Below are positions 25,511 through 30,844 of a DNA stretch of 30,844 nt, piece after piece. Numbering within the stretch: the stretch's first letter is position 1; each line of letters begins with the position of its first letter. The notes beneath the pieces were generated by a model. It did not search any database, was not told the DNA's origin, and saw only the letters and a program-made list of their open reading frames with translations. Source of the DNA: an uncultured virus (IMG/VR IMGVR_UViG_3300022752_000039) (taxonomy: Duplodnaviria > Heunggongvirae > Uroviricota > Caudoviricetes); IMG/VR virus record IMGVR_UViG_3300022752_000039. One strand, written 5' to 3'. The position numbers and the translations under genes were made by a program.

Positions 25511-25684
25511 TTAATTGTAAGTGTGTCCGACTTTGAATCGGTTCATGTATTTACTTTCTATTCTTCTAATCAGTACACGATTTGTGTTAAATCGATCAGC
25601 AACGCTCTGCAACGATTCGCCATTGAATCGTGCAACAAGGATTGCATTTACTTCTTCTAGTGTGAATGGGTGTGGTGTATCCAT
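25511..25684 (-). CDS. small HTH protein, sigma-70 region-4-like (57 aa)
   Basis: Manual translation MDTPHPFTLEEVNAILVARFNGESLQSVADRFNTNRVLIRRIESKY...; GAGAGGA RBS. Confidence 0.68.
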   Translation of the reverse strand: MDTPHPFTLEEVNAILVARFNGESLQSVADRFNTNRVLIRRIESKYMNRFKVGHTYN

Positions 25685-25714
25685 GTTGTAATCCTCTCTA
25701 GGTTAATTAAATAG

Positions 25715-25972
25715 TTGATAGAGATCGTCAAGAAGTAGAACGATGTTGTGCGTTGGTCTGAAATCGATCAACGATCTTGCAAGATTTTCATAACACCTTT
25801 TCAGTCTGCCGTAGTCTGCTAGGTGTTGACGATCTCTATCAATAGTGAAATCGAGTAGGGGCAGGTACGACTACGGCAATCATAGAAGCCGATCATGATC
25901 GCCCTTAGCAGGTAAGGAGATAGGGAAATGAATTAACCCTGTCGTTTAACCCTGCGTTGACCCCTACTCGAT
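25715..25972. ncRNA. candidate structured non-coding RNA (two long stems plus loop-loop pairing)
   Basis: Perfect inverted repeats: 25715-25731/25826-25842 (17 bp), 25850-25861/25961-25972 (12 bp), and crossing pair 25807-25816/25869-25878 (10 bp). It fills an ORF-free gap. Confidence 0.62.
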
Positions 25973-25976
25973 AAAG

Positions 25977-26141
25977 TTACTGTGTTGGATTATGAATGCA
26001 GTTAAAGCAGAACCACAGTATCTTTTGACTACCTAGTTCTTCGAAGTATTTACCTGATGAAGTAAGTTCGTTATTCCCGCAATCATCACAATTAGTTAGT
26101 TCGTGGGCTTCTACCCTACGAACGATCTGTGCGTATCCCAT
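25977..26141 (-). CDS. small C4 Zn-ribbon protein (54 aa)
   Basis: Manual translation MGYAQIVRR...CDDCG...WFCFNC; AGGAG RBS. Confidence 0.72.
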   Translation of the reverse strand: MGYAQIVRRVEAHELTNCDDCGNNELTSSGKYFEELGSQKILWFCFNCIHNPTQ

Positions 26142-26151
26142 TGGTTATCTC

Positions 26152-26301
26152 CTATCTTCCCTGCGAACAAGGTTCACAGATTAAGTATCCGTCTTTTGGA
26201 TACATCTCATTGACATCGTGTTGATCGCCACACTCAAAACAATCTCGAATGTGACGATACTTTTGATCTAGCAGTTTTGCTTGTCTAAGCGTTATTGGCA
26301 T
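26152..26301 (-). CDS. small C4 Zn-ribbon protein (49 aa)
   Basis: Manual translation MPITLRQAK...CFECG...ICEPC; AAGGAG RBS. Confidence 0.7.
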   Translation of the reverse strand: MPITLRQAKLLDQKYRHIRDCFECGDQHDVNEMYPKDGYLICEPCSQGR

Positions 26302-26521
26302 CTGAATCTCCTTCACTTAAAGCAGGAACGAAGTCAGCGATTGTGTCGCTGATGTGTCCGATACAGACATCAAGTGCATCTTCACAGACATTGAATGCCT
26401 TATCGAGATCACGATCTTGGAAATCAGTTGAATCCCACCAAGTAATTACTAGTTGTTCACTCATGTCTGTTGCATACATTTTCTCGATCATCTCTATTGC
26501 TTCTTTTGCAGTTGCGATCAT
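26285..26521 (-). CDS. hypothetical acidic protein
   Basis: GGGAG RBS; TAATG coupling. Confidence 0.72.
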   Translation of the reverse strand: MIATAKEAIEMIEKMYATDMSEQLVITWWDSTDFQDRDLDKAFNVCEDALDVCIGHISDTIADFVPALSEGDSDANNA

Positions 26522-26718
26522 TAGTTATCTCCCAAGAATAGTGAGCCGTCAGGTGAAGTTCTAACTACACGAGAATCAAGATTTGCATTGATTAGTGCAG
26601 TTAGTTGGTCAGCAGTTGTGATGCTAGAGATCGCACCAACAAGATACTCAATACCTCTATCGCCCCATTTAGATCGAACAACATCAGCAAGTAGAGTTTC
26701 AAGTTCTGAATCAATCAT
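26521..26718 (-). CDS. hypothetical protein
   Basis: AGGAG RBS; 65 aa. Confidence 0.7.
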   Translation of the reverse strand: MIDSELETLLADVVRSKWGDRGIEYLVGAISSITTADQLTALINANLDSRVVRTSPDGSLFLGDN

Positions 26719-26885
26719 TTGTTTTCTCCTGTCACTTCATCGATCATCTTTGTGCATGAGCCATAGCCCAACCAGTTACCGCCTTCGCCCACATAGCAGA
26801 CATCACGAGTTACATAAGTAAATAGCGATACCAAGATCAATGCAGGAATAATTACAAGAACAATCCAGCCTCTTACTGTTAACAA
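26715..26885 (-). CDS. small single-pass membrane protein (56 aa)
   Basis: TTG start with AAAGGAG RBS; LTVRGWIVLVIIPALILVSLFTYV hydrophobic span, then two Cys. Confidence 0.65.
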   Translation of the reverse strand: MLTVRGWIVLVIIPALILVSLFTYVTRDVCYVGEGGNWLGYGSCTKMIDEVTGENK

Positions 26886-27362
26886 TTAAGCATCTCCTTT
26901 CTCAATAGCCATTCGGTATTTCCATGACTTACTAGCCATGTGTGTACGGATTCTGTGGCACTTACCGCAACGGACATCGCACTTTGCGATCTCAGTTTGT
27001 AATCGCTTGATCGTCATGTTACTTAGCATGAACGCATGAGCGATGTTGTAACGCTTTCGTGCGCCTCTTACATGGTCGAAGTCGAGTGCGAGTACATCTC
27101 TCTCGCCACAATCAACGCAAGGATTAGATTTCAAGTGTTCGTAAATCCATTCCTTAATCTGAATCCTGCGTTTCAAGTGCCACTCGACTTTGTACGCATC
27201 TTCACAAGGAATGCAATACGAAACTACTCCCGATTTAGTTTTTGCAGATCGAAAGTTACTTAGTTCGTACAGGTTGTCACACCGATTGCACGCCTTGATA
27301 CCAATAGCAAGAAAGTTTTCTCGCTCAATAGTTTTAGCAGACTTTCTGCTTTTAGTTGTCAC
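26886..27362 (-). CDS. HNH endonuclease
   Basis: CVDCG...LDFDHV...EIAKCDVRCGKCHRIRT; N-terminal CNRC/CIPC Zn finger. Confidence 0.85.
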   Translation of the reverse strand: MTTKSRKSAKTIERENFLAIGIKACNRCDNLYELSNFRSAKTKSGVVSYCIPCEDAYKVEWHLKRRIQIKEWIYEHLKSNPCVDCGERDVLALDFDHVRGARKRYNIAHAFMLSNMTIKRLQTEIAKCDVRCGKCHRIRTHMASKSWKYRMAIEKGDA

Positions 27363-28063
27363 GCATTCTCCTTTCGGTATAAGCGACTAAGTGGAAGTGT
27401 CTTGTATTTCAGATCATGATGATTAGAGGGAGTTACATAAGCAACAATGAATCGTGAACCAGTTGTGTCAACGATGATGCCCTTACGCAAGCGACCATGA
27501 CCTTGAATGAACACCTGATCGTTAATTACGGCGTTGTATGGATTGAATGCACTCATGTTTGTTGAGTACAGCATCTTCTCATCAGCCATAGCGATCAGTT
27601 GATCTTGAACCGCAACGATCTTTGCTTCAAGATCAATGCGCTTTTTTGCGAGTTTGATCGTTTTCTCGATCTTGTCTGATGAATGACTACCGCAAATAAC
27701 TGCGTGTTCACTATTCCAGTTCAATGGCTTATCTGTGTGTTGTCCGTCAATACGCCAAGCCCATGCAAGAAAGACTGTATTGAATTGAAGATCACCACGA
27801 GATGCGATCTGTGATGCAGGTGCAGAATTAGGAAATGTGTTTCCATTTACATCGAAGATGTCACACCATTGGTGATGAATGCCCTGCACAATGATTGAGT
27901 GACCTTTGTACTCAATCTCTTGATAGGTATTCGGTAACTGCTTTAGTTCAATCACATGATCGAATCTCTTGCTACGCAACCATGTTGAGTAGTGCGTATT
28001 GCCTTGATAGTTTTTGTAGTACTTATCTTGAATCGCTACGAATCGATCTAAGAAGTAACTCAT
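27359..28063 (-). CDS. hypothetical protein
   Basis: 234-aa ORF abutting its neighbours. Confidence 0.75.
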   Translation of the reverse strand: MSYFLDRFVAIQDKYYKNYQGNTHYSTWLRSKRFDHVIELKQLPNTYQEIEYKGHSIIVQGIHHQWCDIFDVNGNTFPNSAPASQIASRGDLQFNTVFLAWAWRIDGQHTDKPLNWNSEHAVICGSHSSDKIEKTIKLAKKRIDLEAKIVAVQDQLIAMADEKMLYSTNMSAFNPYNAVINDQVFIQGHGRLRKGIIVDTTGSRFIVAYVTPSNHHDLKYKTLPLSRLYRKENA

Positions 28064-28681
28064 TTATGCCACCATGTCTCTCGCTTCGAGAACCTTCTCG
28101 ATTAGTGATTGAAGAGTGCGTACATCAATAGTGCAAGCACCGCTTAGTTTGTATTCGCCATTCTCTTGACGGCGATTACGAATCTCGAAGTCGAGTTTGT
28201 CTGCACGACTACCGATGATTGATCGAAGCGATTCTTTGACCGCATCAATAGATCGTTGAGCGTTTGCCTGTTCGATCTTCTCTTGTTGTTCTTTGGCTTC
28301 GCGCTCTGCCTTCCATTGAGCCTCACGAGCCTTCTCTTCTGCCTCTTCTTTAGTCCAGCGAGTTTCAAGAGTTGCGTACTCAGCCACAATGTCCTGCGCT
28401 CTTGCAATCCAATAGATGTCACCTTGTGTGTTACCAGCCCAGTCAGAAGATTTAACAAGATAACCGACTGATCTACTTCCCTTTGGTGCAGAAGTAAATT
28501 GTGCATCATCAGGATTATCTGATCGATACACCTTGTATTCGTACTTCTCTAACGAGATTAACTCTGCGTTAGCAACGGCTCTGCGTTGCACCTTTGCAGG
28601 GTCTTTCTTATCTTGCGATGAGTAATCCCATGAAGGAATAACGCCGTACTTAATACCAATTTGTAGGTCTGCTGATTTCAT
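28064..28681 (-). CDS. hypothetical protein with central coiled coil
   Basis: AAGGAG RBS; EEAEEKAREAQWKAEREAKEQQEK. Confidence 0.78.
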   Translation of the reverse strand: MKSADLQIGIKYGVIPSWDYSSQDKKDPAKVQRRAVANAELISLEKYEYKVYRSDNPDDAQFTSAPKGSRSVGYLVKSSDWAGNTQGDIYWIARAQDIVAEYATLETRWTKEEAEEKAREAQWKAEREAKEQQEKIEQANAQRSIDAVKESLRSIIGSRADKLDFEIRNRRQENGEYKLSGACTIDVRTLQSLIEKVLEARDMVA

Positions 28682-28714
28682 TTACTTATTCTCCTTAGTT
28701 GTAATTGTTTGGGT

Positions 28715-28751
28715 AGTGAGTGGGGCAAGCCAAAAACAAGCCCCACTCACT
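28715..28751 (-). terminator. 12-bp hairpin after the vWA gene
   Basis: AGTGAGTGGGGC / GCCCCACTCACT perfect stem; no strong U-tract. Confidence 0.55.
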
Positions 28752-28812
28752 TATGATCTGCGCCAGCCTTCCACGAATAGCGCATCTCATGCAGTCACCT
28801 AGAGAGTGACAG

Positions 28813-30759
28813 TTAGTTGCTTACGAGACGGCGAGAGATCGCATACTTCACGATTGATTTCGCCATGTAAACAAGATCGAATGGATTACGAATTACAGAA
28901 GCGATCTCGCAATAGTGAGACTTCTGTGCATTTAGTTCTACAGGTTCGGTACTTTCAGGAATGTACGCGAATGCAGTAAGCACACCAGCACGAGCCATGC
29001 GCTTGATTGTTTCGTGATTAGCATCTTGATTGCCCGACCATTCTCCGTCAGTAATTGCGAAGAAGATACGAACAGGCTTCTCAGTTTCAGCAAGCAATTT
29101 AGTTGCGTACTGAATTGCTTGATCTGCTGATGTACCGCCACCAGTACCAGCATCACGAATTGTGTTACCAACACGATCAGTTGCACGATACAGGGTGTTA
29201 GCACGATCATTAAAAGTGATAACAGTTGTATTTGCATTAACACGATCAAGTGCCTTCTTAATTGCGTACATGGCTTTGTATGCACTAGAGGCTTTGTGTC
29301 CTGACATTGAACCTGAGTTGTCTAACAAGATCACGCATTCGATCTCAGTCGCATCTTCACGACCTTCATTCCATTGATCGAATACAGTATCAAGATCATC
29401 ACCACGCAAGTAGCGATGTGCAGACAAGCGACCTTGTGATTCGTATCTATCCCATGCAGGGTCGAACGATGATCTCAGTCGCTCTAACTCACGACCGAAT
29501 GACAACGATGCTTGAAATGTATTTGCATCAGGAACAAGATCATGAAAGCGATCTAACTCAGGCTCTTTTGAATTGTTGGTAGTAAGAGAAGGTAAACCAC
29601 CAATCTGTCGCAAGATGTCATTGATTTCGGTTTCATTAGAATCAAGAATGTTTTCTAATAAATCACTAATCAATGTATCGATTAACTCGCCAGCAGAAGA
29701 ACCAGCAGAATCAGAAGGTTGATGTGAATCAGAATCTTGATCTGAATCTTGATCTGAATCTGCATCATCAAAACCAAAATCAAAATCAATGTCGTTGATG
29801 TCAACATCGATAACAGGTTTTGATTTCAGTTGTTCAGCCAGTTGTGCATCATCTTCTTTGTCGAATTGTTGTGAGCGATCACGATCTTTTTCTTGCTTCT
29901 TTGGTGGTACAGGTCGTGAATTAGCAGACGATTCCAAGCCCTCAGAAGGTCGCTTGCCATGACCGAATGGGTCATTGATACGAACGACTACATCGCCCTC
30001 TTCACCAGCCTCAGCAGGTCGCACAGACCCACCTTCGCCATTACCTGAGCCGTTGCCATTACCTTTTGGAAGTAACTCATTAAATCGCGCAATAAGTTCC
30101 TTTCCTTTTTCAGTATCAGCAGGGAAGAGAAGAGTTCGGTACTCATCGACTACTGAACAGATTTCATTGATCTGATCTTGTTCAGGGTAGGCGTTACGAG
30201 ACTGGGCTCTTAGATCAACAGGCAGGTATCTACGACCACGCAATAACGGATAAGAGTTAGTGAATGCCTCTTTGTTATCAACGAAGTGAATCAAGATCGT
30301 GGCAGTAAACCAATCGATTGTTGACGGATACTTTGATGTAAAGAGAGTTTCGATTCTCTGATCTTCAAGTGCGTTGTATGCCATGAAGTAATTGTTGTCC
30401 TTCACATAGTCAAAGAGTTCTGAACCTTCACGAGATGTGTAGAGAATGTGACTGATCTCGTGAAGATCAAGACCCTTGATACCAGCGATTGATTTAGCAT
30501 CATTGAGATCACCAATGACACGAGAGTTGAAAGTAACAGTTGATGCACCTGACCAAGCAGGTGCTTCCATAGGCGAGTTCTCAACAGTCACAACCACTTT
30601 GCGGAAAGTGAATGCAGAATTAACACGACCGAAGAATTGTGTGAATCGCTCTAGTCGTTGTTTCTTCTCTTCTGCCTTGATTGCTTGTGATCGTAGTGAC
30701 TCACGAGTTTCACCAAGTATGTCGAGTTCCCACTCTTCGATTGCTTCGTCATAGTTCAT
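28813..30759 (-). CDS. HExxH metallopeptidase-like plus vWA domain protein (CobT-like; typical partner of a MoxR AAA+ ATPase)
   Basis: LHEISH...NALEDQRIE; acidic linker; MIDAS DNSGS, GGT, ITDG. GGGGAG RBS before ATG 30759. Confidence 0.85.
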   Translation of the reverse strand: MNYDEAIEEWELDILGETRESLRSQAIKAEEKKQRLERFTQFFGRVNSAFTFRKVVVTVENSPMEAPAWSGASTVTFNSRVIGDLNDAKSIAGIKGLDLHEISHILYTSREGSELFDYVKDNNYFMAYNALEDQRIETLFTSKYPSTIDWFTATILIHFVDNKEAFTNSYPLLRGRRYLPVDLRAQSRNAYPEQDQINEICSVVDEYRTLLFPADTEKGKELIARFNELLPKGNGNGSGNGEGGSVRPAEAGEEGDVVVRINDPFGHGKRPSEGLESSANSRPVPPKKQEKDRDRSQQFDKEDDAQLAEQLKSKPVIDVDINDIDFDFGFDDADSDQDSDQDSDSHQPSDSAGSSAGELIDTLISDLLENILDSNETEINDILRQIGGLPSLTTNNSKEPELDRFHDLVPDANTFQASLSFGRELERLRSSFDPAWDRYESQGRLSAHRYLRGDDLDTVFDQWNEGREDATEIECVILLDNSGSMSGHKASSAYKAMYAIKKALDRVNANTTVITFNDRANTLYRATDRVGNTIRDAGTGGGTSADQAIQYATKLLAETEKPVRIFFAITDGEWSGNQDANHETIKRMARAGVLTAFAYIPESTEPVELNAQKSHYCEIASVIRNPFDLVYMAKSIVKYAISRRLVSN

Positions 30760-30809
30760 TGTTACTCCCCATTGTTTGCATGACGGACATTTACCACAGG
30801 CACACATTG

Positions 30810-30844
30810 TTAAGCCTGATCGTGTTCAGTTGTGATCGCATCAA
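30810..30844 (-). CDS. 3' end of an upstream gene (partial)
   Basis: Open frame ...DAITTEHDQA* ending at 30810. Identity cannot be determined from this window. Confidence 0.4.
   Translation of the reverse strand, partial: DAITTEHDQA

Noticed and set aside
29726..29761. GAATCTTGATCT tandem repeat in the vWA gene
   Set aside because: It is in frame and encodes a DSDQ acidic linker, so it is ordinary low-complexity sequence.

Overview
This is a 30.8-kb segment of a tailed dsDNA phage or prophage genome. The host is most likely an actinobacterium, inferred from two WhiB-family genes; the moderate GC content would fit low-GC freshwater Actinobacteria. Two gene arms converge near 21.3 kb. The + arm (1-21284) starts with a replication/recombination module: primase C-terminus, SNF2 helicase, SSB, family A DNA polymerase, RecA, two Holliday-junction resolvases, Cas4-like exonuclease, a UvsY-like protein and WhiB. 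It continues with a secreted subtilisin-type protease, a SpoVS homologue, and a run of small proteins sharing short peptide motifs (FNDRR, LxxSQF). It ends with a three-gene nucleotidyltransferase / degenerate HAD / degenerate TGT-like cassette and a class II ribonucleotide reductase. The - arm (21286-30844) carries a lytic-transglycosylase-like gene coupled to a tyrosine recombinase, many tiny early-type genes (HTH, Zn-ribbon, second WhiB, HNH) and a metallopeptidase-vWA protein. Best leads: a ~260-nt intergenic element with two long stems joined by a 10-bp loop-loop pairing (candidate novel ncRNA); the NTase-HAD-TGT-like cassette; repeat and inverted sites around the recombinase; frame-independent 12-bp DNA repeats at the arm junction; and strong GATC enrichment in the - arm. 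All protein calls come from motif recognition by eye; no database searches were run.
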